A stretch of DNA of 40,516 bases from a virus (Duplodnaviria > Caudoviricetes): IMG/VR virus record IMGVR_UViG_3300024038_000021, positions 1 to 40,516 of that record; one strand, given 5' to 3'. Both the position numbers and the translations under genes were made by a program. Below the pieces are notes generated by a model. It saw only the letters and a list, made by a program, of their open reading frames with translations, was not told where the DNA came from and searched no databases. Within the stretch, counting starts at the first letter, position 1. The number at the start of each line of letters is the position of its first letter. Shown piece after piece: positions 25,894 to 35,306 of the stretch.

Positions 25894-28800
25894 TGGCCGA
25901 CCTTCTTCCTTCCGTCCAGCGATCTCCGGCGCTCACCGAGGCGCCGAATTCGATGGTCTCGGCCGGCGACTATTCCCGCCTCGGCGCGGCTTGGGGCGGC
26001 GCCTTCGACAGTCTCAAGGACGTCGTCGACGAAATCTCGGCCGACTACGGCAAGAAGACGGGCGAGGAGGAGGGGTTCAACTCCGTTCAGCGCGACGAGA
26101 ACGGCAAGATCACCGTCAAGAAGATGCCGTTCTCCGGCCTCGTCGGGCCGGGGGCGGCGGCGCACGAGAATGCGTTCGTCGCCGCCCAGAGTGCCCGGCT
26201 GCAAAGCTGGCTGGGGACCAAAGCCCAAGAGCTGGCCGTGAAGACATGGCTTCCGAAGGAGCAGGGTGGCGGCGGCGGCGATCCGCAATGGTTTTCCCAG
26301 CAGTGGAAAGAGGTCTCCATCGGCGTGGCGCAGAACGGCACCGGCGGCGAGCAGCTTCGGTTGCAGCAGCAGGCCGAGGAGATCGGGGCGCCCTACATGC
26401 GACGCGCCATGGACCAGCGCGCCAGCATGGACAGCGAGGCGAGCACCAAGACCTTGCTCGGCCACATCGACCTGCTGACCGATGATGCGACGCAGCTTGC
26501 CCGCTCGGCCTACAACGGGCCGGAGTTCAAGAAGGCGGTGGACGGCATTTCGAGTGCATGGGCGACGCTGGCGGCCGATCCGCGCAGCGGTGTCACTCCC
26601 GAGCTTGTCGAGCAGAACATGACCCGGCTGAGGAGCATGCTCGCTGGCGAGGCCACGCTGGGGGCCGTCGAGCGCGCCTACGATCCGGCCAAAGGCGGCA
26701 GCGCCAAGGCGGCGCTCGACCTTGCCGACAGCTTCCGCACCGATCCGCAGTTCAAGGACATGCCGGCATCGAAACGCGAGCAATATCGGAGCGCCGGCCG
26801 CGCCTACGTCAAGCAGCAGGAGGGCGAGAAGAAGGCGGCCCTCGCGGCTCTCGCCCCGGAGGTCGAGCGGACCATTCAGAACATTCGCGGCGGCATGATC
26901 CCCGCCCCGGCCGATCTCGACAGCCTGTTCGGCGATCTTGCCGATGCAGGCGGCGTTCGACAGACCAGCGCGCTTCTGTACGAATTGAATAAGGCCGACT
27001 ATACGCGTTCACTGGCAAGCCTGCCCGACGCCCAGGTGCTGGCGCTGGCCGAGGGGCGCACGTCGGGCGGGGGCTCGCTCATGCGTTCGGAGAGCGGCGG
27101 CCGTCCGGATGTGGTCAACGGATTTGGTTATGCCGGCCTCTATCAGTTCGGCGCGCCACGGCTCGCCGATCTCGGCATCTATACGCCGGGCGCCGGAGAA
27201 AACCTGAAATCCTGGTCGAAGACGGGCAAAGACGCGCCGGGCAAGTGGAGCGGCACCTTCTCCATACCCGGCCATCCCGAGGTGAAGACGCTCGACGACT
27301 TCCGCGCCAGCCCGGCCGCTCAGCAGGCGGCATATCGCGTTCATGCTGCCCGCATGGACGAGGACATCAGGAAGAACGGGCTCGACCGCTTCATCGGCTC
27401 GACGATCGGCGGCGCGCTTATTACGCGCGAGGGCATCCACAACATGATGCATCTTGGCGGGACGCAAGGCGCCATTCGCTACCTGACCAGCGGTGGCACC
27501 GACAACCCCGCCGACGCCAACGGCACCAGCCTTGCCGATTATGCGCGCATGGGCGCCGCGGGCGGCGGTGCCGTGTCGACCGGTTCCTATGTCGTCGATG
27601 AGGCGCTGGCCGCCGGGGGTGAGGATGCCGCCCAGAGCGGCAGGACGCCCGACTATATGTACGCCGCCCTGCGGGAGAACATGAAGGAACGCATCGGCGC
27701 CTATCTGCCGAGGCTGATCAAGGCGCAGATTGCGTTCGAGGTGCCGGACCCCGACCAGCTTTTGGCCCTCGGGGGCATGATCCACTATGTCGGCACGCCG
27801 GAGCAAGCGCGTGATTTTGCCTCGATGGTCATCAAATCGAAGATGACCGAGGCAGCAGGGGATATGCCTCAGGATCAGTTTCAGGCGTTCATGGCCAACA
27901 CCATCAACGAAATCCGCGCCAGTGGAGATATCGAGATGAAGGCCATGATCCCCGACTTTCAGGAGATGGCCAAAAAGCTGGTTACGGCCTGGAAGGCCGA
28001 CCCGCATTCGGCCGGCCAGATGCTCGGTCTGGACCTTCCTAGCCTGAAAGCACCGCTGCCGTTCGACCGTCCGGACCTGATGCCGACGGCGCTCCAGCTT
28101 CGGTTCAAGGATAACGCGAAGCTGGAAGCCCGCGCCGGCTATGCCCCGTCCCTGTTCACGCCATCGGAAATTCCCCGCTTCGGGCAGATCATGCGGTCTG
28201 GCGACGCGAACCTGATCGGCGGCACGCTCAACAGCATCGCGGCCATGCCGCCGGACGCCATCAAGGCGACGCTGGCGGACAACGCCGTTTTGTCGTCCAT
28301 CTCCAGCCTTTCCAATAGCGCCGTAAAGGGGCGCGCCGCGCTTGCATACGGCTTCCTGTCGCAGGTCCAGCAAAAGATGCCGCTGGAGTTCAACCATGTC
28401 TTTGGTCAGGACACAGCGCTTGATCTCGCGGCCTGGAAGGGGCGCCTCTCCCAGCTTACCGACGATCAGTTCCAGAAGGAGCGTATCCTTGCGGCCGACC
28501 CGGCCGCGCAAGCCGCGCGCAAGATGCTGGACGAGCAGGCGTCAAAGATCATCTCCAAAAGCTATGACACTCCGGACAAGGTCGCCAAGCTTCTTGATAT
28601 GAGGCCGATGTGGGACATTTCGAGCTATTTCGGCAGCATCGCGCCGATGTCGGATGATGTGCTCAACGGCGGCGGCCAGATGATGGCCGACTATGCGAAA
28701 AACTTCAGCGACGCCTACGCCAGGACAGGCGGCAACGAGAGCGAGGCGGAGGATTACGCCACGCAGCAGACCGCCCTGAAGTGGGGCGCCTCCGACGCCA

Positions 28801-29348
28801 ACGGCGGCCGCCTGATGGTGAACCCGCCGGAGAGATACCTGCCGCAAGTGCTGGGGTCTCACGACTGGATACGCCAGCAACTCGCCGCTGCCGTAGCGCA
28901 GCACTTTGGCGTTCAGCAGCAGCCAGCGGCGGTTACCGCCGGTATCAGCCTTCAGCCTGCGGCCGTAACCGCCGGTGTCGGCGTTCTCGACGACTTGGCG
29001 CTCCGACCTGTCGTCAGACAGCAGCAGGATGTAGACGCCAGGCCGATCCCCAATTTCGTCATCGTGTCCGACACGAAGACCGATGAGGACATCGGCAACG
29101 GCAAGCCGCCCAGCTACCACGTCATCGCGCAGGACGCGGGCGGTGGCTGGCATCTCGTCGAGCAATCCGCCGGTGACCCGATCCGCTTCGTTCCCGACGT
29201 CAAGGCGGCGGAAAACTCGCCGGAAGTTCAGGCTGAATACAGAAATCAGCAGGAAAAGCTTCAGTCCCAAGTCAGGGATCGCAATGAATTCAATAGGCAT
29301 CTTGACGCGATAACCGGCGCCAACCAGCGCCCCTATCAGAACAATTGA
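25893..29348 (+). CDS. Internal virion protein with a central lytic-transglycosylase-like domain
   Basis: 1151 aa helical; MRSESGG...VN..GYAGLYQF near 27081. Confidence 0.85.
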   Translation: MADLLPSVQRSPALTEAPNSMVSAGDYSRLGAAWGGAFDSLKDVVDEISADYGKKTGEEEGFNSVQRDENGKITVKKMPFSGLVGPGAAAHENAFVAAQSARLQSWLGTKAQELAVKTWLPKEQGGGGGDPQWFSQQWKEVSIGVAQNGTGGEQLRLQQQAEEIGAPYMRRAMDQRASMDSEASTKTLLGHIDLLTDDATQLARSAYNGPEFKKAVDGISSAWATLAADPRSGVTPELVEQNMTRLRSMLAGEATLGAVERAYDPAKGGSAKAALDLADSFRTDPQFKDMPASKREQYRSAGRAYVKQQEGEKKAALAALAPEVERTIQNIRGGMIPAPADLDSLFGDLADAGGVRQTSALLYELNKADYTRSLASLPDAQVLALAEGRTSGGGSLMRSESGGRPDVVNGFGYAGLYQFGAPRLADLGIYTPGAGENLKSWSKTGKDAPGKWSGTFSIPGHPEVKTLDDFRASPAAQQAAYRVHAARMDEDIRKNGLDRFIGSTIGGALITREGIHNMMHLGGTQGAIRYLTSGGTDNPADANGTSLADYARMGAAGGGAVSTGSYVVDEALAAGGEDAAQSGRTPDYMYAALRENMKERIGAYLPRLIKAQIAFEVPDPDQLLALGGMIHYVGTPEQARDFASMVIKSKMTEAAGDMPQDQFQAFMANTINEIRASGDIEMKAMIPDFQEMAKKLVTAWKADPHSAGQMLGLDLPSLKAPLPFDRPDLMPTALQLRFKDNAKLEARAGYAPSLFTPSEIPRFGQIMRSGDANLIGGTLNSIAAMPPDAIKATLADNAVLSSISSLSNSAVKGRAALAYGFLSQVQQKMPLEFNHVFGQDTALDLAAWKGRLSQLTDDQFQKERILAADPAAQAARKMLDEQASKIISKSYDTPDKVAKLLDMRPMWDISSYFGSIAPMSDDVLNGGGQMMADYAKNFSDAYARTGGNESEAEDYATQQTALKWGASDANGGRLMVNPPERYLPQVLGSHDWIRQQLAAAVAQHFGVQQQPAAVTAGISLQPAAVTAGVGVLDDLALRPVVRQQQDVDARPIPNFVIVSDTKTDEDIGNGKPPSYHVIAQDAGGGWHLVEQSAGDPIRFVPDVKAAENSPEVQAEYRNQQEKLQSQVRDRNEFNRHLDAITGANQRPYQNN

Positions 29349-29358
29349 GGTTCGCACA

Positions 29359-32300
29359 ATGCCGTTCGTTCCCGAGAGCCAGTATAACAGCAGCGGGCCG
29401 CTTCGTTCTTACGCCCAGCCGCCCAAAGACCCCTTTGCTCCAGGGCCTTCCATGGGCGATGTTGTTGGCGCGGCATGGCGTGACGGCGTGCCCTACGCCG
29501 CCTATCAGGCCGCCAAAGGCATTCTCGGCTTTCTGTCGGCGACGCCAGGCGCCGGCGTCGATCCGTCGTTTGATCTGAAGTCCTTCATCGGAGGGACAAA
29601 GTACGAGTCGCAATATCTGGACGACTTCATCGGCACCCCCAACGAGACGGCCATGCGCGCCACCATGGCGAAGATCGACACCCGCGAGCGCGATAATCAA
29701 ACCCTGTCTGATGCCGGATTTGCGGGGAAGGTGGTTCAGGTCGGCTTGGGTTTCCTCGATCCGACCAACTACATTCCCTTCGTGGACGTCGTCTCTGGCG
29801 CCGCCAAGGGCATGACCGCGGCCCGCATTGCCTTGCGCGCCGGGGCGCTGGGCGCCGCGCAGTCGACCACGGGTGAAGCGTTGCTTCAGGCCACCCAGCC
29901 GGGGCGCGAGCGGCAGGAAAGCGCCGGCAACATCGCCTCGGCCACCATCCTGTCGGGCCTGCTGGGTGCCGGGATCGGGTTTCTGTCGAAGGGCGAGTAC
30001 GACGGGCTGGTCAAGAACATGGACACGATGCGCGAGGAAGCGACCGCGCATATCGCCGGCTCGCCGTTGCCGCAGCCGGCCGGCGCCGCGGCGTCGGACG
30101 TTCGACAGCTCGAACAGCATGCGTACCTTCCATGGCCGCTCCAGAAGGTCAACGACATGCTGTCGCCACTGGGGCGCATTTTCTCCAGCTCGTCGGTGCA
30201 AGCCCGGCGGACCGTGGCCGACCTTGCCGAGACGGTGCGCACCTTCAAAGACAACGACATCGGCGTCACGACGACGCTCGACGGGCTGCCGCCGATCGAT
30301 CGCACCGTGAGGATGGCGATCACGTCGAAACTCTATGCGGCGGACGAGGCGCTGAAGAATGCCTATATCGATTACCGATACGGGGCGAACGCGCCTCTGG
30401 CGCCGATGTTCCGGGCGCGCGTCGGTTCGGCGCCGGACGGCATGCTGTCGCCGAAGGAGTTTTCGGCGGCCGTGTTCGAGGCCCTTTACTCCGGCGACAA
30501 GCACGCCATTCCGCAGGTGCAGCAGACGGCGCAGCTCTTGCGCAAGGAAATTTACGAACCGATCAAGGCGTTGGCACAGAACACCAAGGACCTGAACGGC
30601 CGGCCGCTGCTCGGCGACGTGAACGCTCCGACCGGCGATGAGAGCTTTGCAAACCGTGTCTGGCTCAAGCCGAAGATCGCCGGGGGGAGGAACAAGTTCG
30701 TCGGCACGGTGACCGACTGGCTGAAGGGCGAGCAGGCGAAGAAGGCCGGAATTCAAGCCCGGCTCGCCGGCTGGCAGGCCCACGCCGACGAGATCGACGC
30801 CGCCATCCTGAAAAAGCAGGGGGCGATCGAGACGCTGGAGCGGCAAGTTGCGGAGGCCGGCCAGAAAGCCGAAGAGGCAACCGCCCTCAATCGCTTCGCC
30901 AACCGCCGCGCCGAGGACATGCGCGAGGGTGGCGGAAACTTGGACAATGCCCGCGGCGGCGCCGTTTTCGAGACGCGCGTGCGTAATCGTGGCAACGAGC
31001 TTCAGGATCGGCTCAGCGGCAAGTCGGCCGAACTGGACAGGCTCTATGACGAGCTGGACGCCCTGCACGAGACGCGCAACAGCGCCCGCAAGCAGATCGA
31101 GGGGGAGCTTGCCCGGTGGGAAGGCAAGTCCACCGCCGAGGTGAAGGCGGCGCTGAAGGCCCGCGCCAAGGCTGAGGCCGAACGCGACGCCGCCAGGGAG
31201 GCGGGAACCTACAAGGGCAAGGGCGAGCGGCTGACGTCTGCCGATGATGCCGTGGAGCGGGCTGTGCGCCGCATATTGGCGTCGGATCGCAACTTGTCGG
31301 AGCAGGAATTGCGCGCCCGTGCGGACCAGATCACCGACCGTATCCTGAGCACGCCGGACGGGCGGTTGCCCTACGACGATGCCTCGCCCGACGGCGGGGC
31401 CGGGATGGGCGGCGCCGAAGTTCGCGGTTCGCTCAACGAGCGCGAGTTCGCCATCCCCACAGCGCTGGTGAAGGAGTTCGTTTCGCACGACACGACGGAG
31501 GTGCTGCACACCTACATGCGGACGGTGCTTCCCGATATCCTTCTGACGCAGCGCTTCGGTGATACACGGATGACGAGCGCGCTCAGGAAGATCACCGAGG
31601 AATATGCGGCCAGAGCCTCCCGGCTCACCAGCGAGAAAGCCCTGCGGAAGCTGGAAGCCGAGAAACAGGGCGTCATCCGCGATCTTACCGCCATCCGCGA
31701 CCGGGTGCGGGGAACTTACGGCTACAGCTCCGACCCCGGCGTCCGTCGGCTGGCGTCGATCAGCCGGGCGCTCCGCCATATCGGCATCGGCACCGACATG
31801 GGAAGTAGCGTCATCAACAGCCTCGGTGACGCGACGACGGCGCTATTTCGCTTCAGCCTCGGGCACATGTTCAAATCGGCATGGGCTCCGTTCTTTAAGG
31901 GGCTGGCCACCAGATCGGAGTTCGGCGCCCGCAATCTCCGGCAGGCCAGGGCGATGGGCATTGCGCTCGAAACCCACCATGCAATGAATGGCAACAGACT
32001 CGGCGACGCCATCGACTATTACAAGGCCGGCTCCGGCGTCGAAAAGCTGACGGGCTGGATGGCCGACAAGACGATGGTCCTCAACCTAATGGCGCCGTGG
32101 ACGGACCTTGCCCAGCGCATGGCATCATCGGCGGCGTGCGACGAAATCCTGTACATGAGCAAGCGCGTCGTCGACGGCAAAGCCAGCAAGGCGGACATCC
32201 GCGCGCTGGCGGCCGGCGGCATCTCGCCCGACAAGGCGGCTCGCATCTGGAAAGCGCACGCCGACTCCGGCGTCGAGCCGGTGGACGGGGCGCTGTTGCC

Positions 32301-32940
32301 GGACACCGGGAAATGGGCAGATGAGGGCGCCAGGGCATCTTTCGAGGGCGCGGTGACGCGCGATGTCGATGCGGCGGTGATCAAGCCCGGCCAGGAGACG
32401 CCGCTGTTTCTGTCGAGGCCGACCGGGGCGCTGCTCGGGCAGTATATGTCATTCGTATCCGCCGCGAACGAACGCCTCCTTGTGGCCGGCCTCCAGCGCC
32501 GCGATGCGCGAACGCTGTCCGGCCTGATCGCGACCGTCGGCGCCGGCATGCTGAGCTACAAGCTCTATTCGGCCGTTACCGGCCAGCCGACCAGCGATCG
32601 GCCGCAGGACTGGATCAAGGAAGGCGTCAGCCGTTCGGGCGTCACCGGCTGGTTCAGCGAGATCAACGCCCGGCAGGCCAAGTTCTTCGCCGGCAAGACC
32701 GATGCATTCCGGCTGATCGGCGCCGACCGCGAGCTGTCACGCTTCCAGCAGCGTTCGGCGCTGGCCGGCTTTCTCGGCCCGACCTACAGCCGGCTGGAGA
32801 AGCTTCAGGGGCCGCTCTACAGCCTGTCGCAAGGCACGTGGACGGCCAATGACACCGACGCCATTCGTCGGTGGGCGTGGCTTCAGAACCATTTCGCGGT
32901 GCGGGGGCTGTTGGATAAGATGGAGGGGAAGGCACCCTAA
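29359..32940 (+). CDS. Large internal virion (ejection) protein
   Basis: 1193 aa helical; LDPTNYIP, SL.ER, GQY.SF, LGPT motifs; synteny. Confidence 0.85.
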   Translation: MPFVPESQYNSSGPLRSYAQPPKDPFAPGPSMGDVVGAAWRDGVPYAAYQAAKGILGFLSATPGAGVDPSFDLKSFIGGTKYESQYLDDFIGTPNETAMRATMAKIDTRERDNQTLSDAGFAGKVVQVGLGFLDPTNYIPFVDVVSGAAKGMTAARIALRAGALGAAQSTTGEALLQATQPGRERQESAGNIASATILSGLLGAGIGFLSKGEYDGLVKNMDTMREEATAHIAGSPLPQPAGAAASDVRQLEQHAYLPWPLQKVNDMLSPLGRIFSSSSVQARRTVADLAETVRTFKDNDIGVTTTLDGLPPIDRTVRMAITSKLYAADEALKNAYIDYRYGANAPLAPMFRARVGSAPDGMLSPKEFSAAVFEALYSGDKHAIPQVQQTAQLLRKEIYEPIKALAQNTKDLNGRPLLGDVNAPTGDESFANRVWLKPKIAGGRNKFVGTVTDWLKGEQAKKAGIQARLAGWQAHADEIDAAILKKQGAIETLERQVAEAGQKAEEATALNRFANRRAEDMREGGGNLDNARGGAVFETRVRNRGNELQDRLSGKSAELDRLYDELDALHETRNSARKQIEGELARWEGKSTAEVKAALKARAKAEAERDAAREAGTYKGKGERLTSADDAVERAVRRILASDRNLSEQELRARADQITDRILSTPDGRLPYDDASPDGGAGMGGAEVRGSLNEREFAIPTALVKEFVSHDTTEVLHTYMRTVLPDILLTQRFGDTRMTSALRKITEEYAARASRLTSEKALRKLEAEKQGVIRDLTAIRDRVRGTYGYSSDPGVRRLASISRALRHIGIGTDMGSSVINSLGDATTALFRFSLGHMFKSAWAPFFKGLATRSEFGARNLRQARAMGIALETHHAMNGNRLGDAIDYYKAGSGVEKLTGWMADKTMVLNLMAPWTDLAQRMASSAACDEILYMSKRVVDGKASKADIRALAAGGISPDKAARIWKAHADSGVEPVDGALLPDTGKWADEGARASFEGAVTRDVDAAVIKPGQETPLFLSRPTGALLGQYMSFVSAANERLLVAGLQRRDARTLSGLIATVGAGMLSYKLYSAVTGQPTSDRPQDWIKEGVSRSGVTGWFSEINARQAKFFAGKTDAFRLIGADRELSRFQQRSALAGFLGPTYSRLEKLQGPLYSLSQGTWTANDTDAIRRWAWLQNHFAVRGLLDKMEGKAP

Positions 32941-32964
32941 GGTGTCACCTATCGGAACTTCGTC

Positions 32965-32993
32965 CTTGAATTTTCGACATAGGGATGCATATT
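32965..32993 (+). promoter_or_regulatory. Housekeeping-type promoter for the NYN unit
   Basis: CTTGAA-N17-CATATT, resembling the rhizobial RpoD consensus CTTGAC-N17-CTATAT; predicts +1 near 33000. Confidence 0.6.
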
Positions 32994-33000
32994 TCCTACA

Positions 33001-33110
33001 GGCTGCTTCGCAGCCCCGAGATAGACGAGCGAGCCGGCTCATCCCGACCAGGCGCATAAGCGTCGGCGAAAGCCTTGGGGGTGCGTCGGCTCCGTCTATT
33101 TTGGGGGGAT
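33001..33110 (+). ncRNA. Candidate structured leader RNA of the NYN gene
   Basis: Extensive pairing of 33014-33047 with 33075-33108, apical AUAA and GAAA hairpins, alternative 5' pairings. Confidence 0.62.
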
Positions 33111-33113
33111 TCC

Positions 33114-33788
33114 ATGCGGCCTTTGTACGCCATACTTCTTGATGGCGGCTTTCTCACCAAAAAGCTCTATCAATTCTTAGGCCGTCATGCGACCGCAGAC
33201 GATATCGTAAACAAATGCGATCAGCTGCAATCTCTTGATCTGGTGAGAGATTATGAATTACTGCGTATATATTACTATGATGCGCCTCCCTCTTCGGAGG
33301 GGGTAACTAGGCCGGTTTCTCGGACGCGATTAAATCTTTCGACGACAGATCGCTTTCGTCTCAGTCAGTCCCTCTATGATCAACTCGTGATGAAGCCTCA
33401 TTTTGCACTACGCATGGGGGAAACACGGCTGTCGCCAGCTAAATGGCGCCTGAACGACAGGGTGGCAAAGTCGCTTATTCGCGCTCCCAGGGCACTCACG
33501 GACGACGATTTCGATCTCGACTTGTCCCAGAAGGGAGTCGATATGCGCATCGGCCTTGACATGGCGCGGCTCGCCTTGCGGGAGACTGTGAGGGCCATAC
33601 TCGTAGTGACTGGCGATTCGGATTTTGTTCCAACCTTCAAGTTTGCCCGGCGCGAAGGCGTGAAGGTCATTCTTGATCCGCTTGGGCACAATATCCGATC
33701 AGAGTTGAGGGCGCACGCCGATGTGGTTCTCGATCAGGCGCCGGTCGCGCCCCATGTCGGCGCGGAAGCCATCGAGGTTGTCGAATAG
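33114..33788 (+). CDS. NYN-domain (PIN-like fold) ribonuclease
   Basis: ILLDGGF, RIYYYDAPP, QKGVDMRIGLD, VTGDSDFVP..K.ARREG, L..HAD. Confidence 0.93.
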   Translation: MRPLYAILLDGGFLTKKLYQFLGRHATADDIVNKCDQLQSLDLVRDYELLRIYYYDAPPSSEGVTRPVSRTRLNLSTTDRFRLSQSLYDQLVMKPHFALRMGETRLSPAKWRLNDRVAKSLIRAPRALTDDDFDLDLSQKGVDMRIGLDMARLALRETVRAILVVTGDSDFVPTFKFARREGVKVILDPLGHNIRSELRAHADVVLDQAPVAPHVGAEAIEVVE

Positions 33789-33821
33789 GCCGTTGAAGGC
33801 CCGGTTCCGGATGGAGGGGAA

Positions 33822-34049
33822 ATGAGTCAGTCCCTAGGAATGGCGATGATCGAAATGCAGCGCTGCATAGGGGAATTGTCCGCAAAGGTCGATCGCCTGA
33901 TATCAGACACGGGCAAGCAAGGCGAAAAGATCGATTCGGTACGCATAAAGATTGCCTGGGTTACCGGCGCTGCTGCCGTTGTCGGCGTTCTGCTTGGCGC
34001 GACCTTGACGATTCTATCCAAGATGCCTTGGGCATCCATGGCCCCGTAG
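33822..34049 (+). CDS. Small coiled-coil protein with C-terminal TM helix
   Basis: GGAGG SD; IGELSAKVDRL then WVTGAAAVVGVLLGATLTIL. Confidence 0.65.
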   Translation: MSQSLGMAMIEMQRCIGELSAKVDRLISDTGKQGEKIDSVRIKIAWVTGAAAVVGVLLGATLTILSKMPWASMAP

Positions 34050-34089
34050 CTTAGGGCCGTTGAGGAGGGGTGTTTGGTGGGGTGGAGGT

Positions 34090-34458
34090 CTATTTTTTGT
34101 CATGAATCCGCATGACTATAGACTTTTCCATATCACAATCCCGCTCCTTATAATTCTTCATGCCTTTGAGAGCGACAATTTCTTTTACTATTGCATTAAA
34201 CATACCACAATTAGTATACGACTCATTTATTTCCAACATAAATGTTTCTTCGTCAAGATTTTTTATGTAATCATACTGAACATCAAGCTCATTTCTCATG
34301 GAATTTATCTGATCCTGAAGGTCAGTGACGCAATGCTTGAGTGTCAATATGTTTTCAAGTGGTGTTCCTATGTCCTCACATGAGTCGGCGAATGCCGGAG
34401 AGCACATGAAACATAGCGCTATATGGAAAATGATGAATATGCGTGATTTCATTTCCAT
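34090..34458 (-). CDS. AT-rich exported hypothetical protein
   Basis: Signal peptide ending AFA-D; several Cys; AGGGAG SD. Confidence 0.65.
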   Translation of the reverse strand: MEMKSRIFIIFHIALCFMCSPAFADSCEDIGTPLENILTLKHCVTDLQDQINSMRNELDVQYDYIKNLDEETFMLEINESYTNCGMFNAIVKEIVALKGMKNYKERDCDMEKSIVMRIHDKK

Positions 34459-34529
34459 GCGCTCCCTTTGCGCTGGCAATCTGAACCGGCGTTAGATTGT
34501 GCGTTGGACAGGACGGAAGAGAAGGTAGG

Positions 34530-34973
34530 TCATTCTTTATCGCTTCCGTAAAATTTGCTGATGTCTAAATCATTTACATTGTAGCCACGAATTTTCATGA
34601 CTCCATATATAATTGCTGGATAAATGCCTTTTTTCATTTCTTTAATTATTGTATCAATATAGTCTACGTCCGACATATCTTTTTTCAGCTCATCGAGATA
34701 GTAATCACATGAGTCTGAAATTATATTTGAGGCTTGAGATATTGTTAATCTAAGATTACCAAATTGTTTTGTATTTTCTATTAGGCAATCTTGCCATTTT
34801 TCTTGTAGAAAATTATTTTCAGATAACCTTCTTTTTAAGAACTTATCCAATGGTTCACCTTCCATTTGTTTGTTATTTTTCTCATAGTTATATTTCATTT
34901 CAATTTTATTAATATAAAGTTCACTATAGTTGCTATGATAGATAGCATAAATTGACAGAATAGCGGCTATCAT
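34530..34973 (-). CDS. AT-rich hypothetical protein with N-terminal hydrophobic segment
   Basis: 147-aa ORF in very AT-rich DNA; GGAGG SD. Confidence 0.65.
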   Translation of the reverse strand: MIAAILSIYAIYHSNYSELYINKIEMKYNYEKNNKQMEGEPLDKFLKRRLSENNFLQEKWQDCLIENTKQFGNLRLTISQASNIISDSCDYYLDELKKDMSDVDYIDTIIKEMKKGIYPAIIYGVMKIRGYNVNDLDISKFYGSDKE

Positions 34974-35008
34974 AGTATCCTCCGATAACGTATATTAAGG
35001 ATATAGCG

Positions 35009-35200
35009 TTATTTTTCTTTTGAAAGCATACGTATAGTTGCTTCCACGATGTATCGGATGGCCTCTGGTCTAGTTGGGATAGGGTGTTGTTCAGCGCGCC
35101 ATTCGTCAAGTTCTGCGAGAAGCACTGGTGGGATGCGAACCGTCACCGGAGTTGCATCAACCCTTGGGCGCCCCCCTCTATTTTTGGGAGTTTCTGACAT
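35009..35200 (-). CDS. Ribbon-helix-helix repressor
   Basis: GGRP....PVTVRIP..LL..LD.W......TRPEAIR. Confidence 0.85.
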   Translation of the reverse strand: MSETPKNRGGRPRVDATPVTVRIPPVLLAELDEWRAEQHPIPTRPEAIRYIVEATIRMLSKEK

Positions 35201-35235
35201 TGACAACCTCGCGATAGGTTTATAATGTCAGAAAC
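35190..35235. promoter_or_regulatory. Palindromic operator over a divergent promoter
   Basis: GTTTCTGACATT (35190-35201) / AATGTCAGAAAC (35224-35235) perfect inverted repeat; TTGACA at 35200 with TATAATGT at 35221. Confidence 0.78.
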
Positions 35236-35306
35236 GTCGGGGCCGATCAAGTGCTCGCAACACCGATCAGCCCCTAACCACCGCCCATCACAAGGGGATT
35301 GGCGAA

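Noticed and set aside
29290-31779. Long minus-strand ORFs (also 3476-5017, 16092-17678, 17961-19697, 27009-28511)
   Set aside because: Antisense shadows of high-GC coding genes; no motifs or SD
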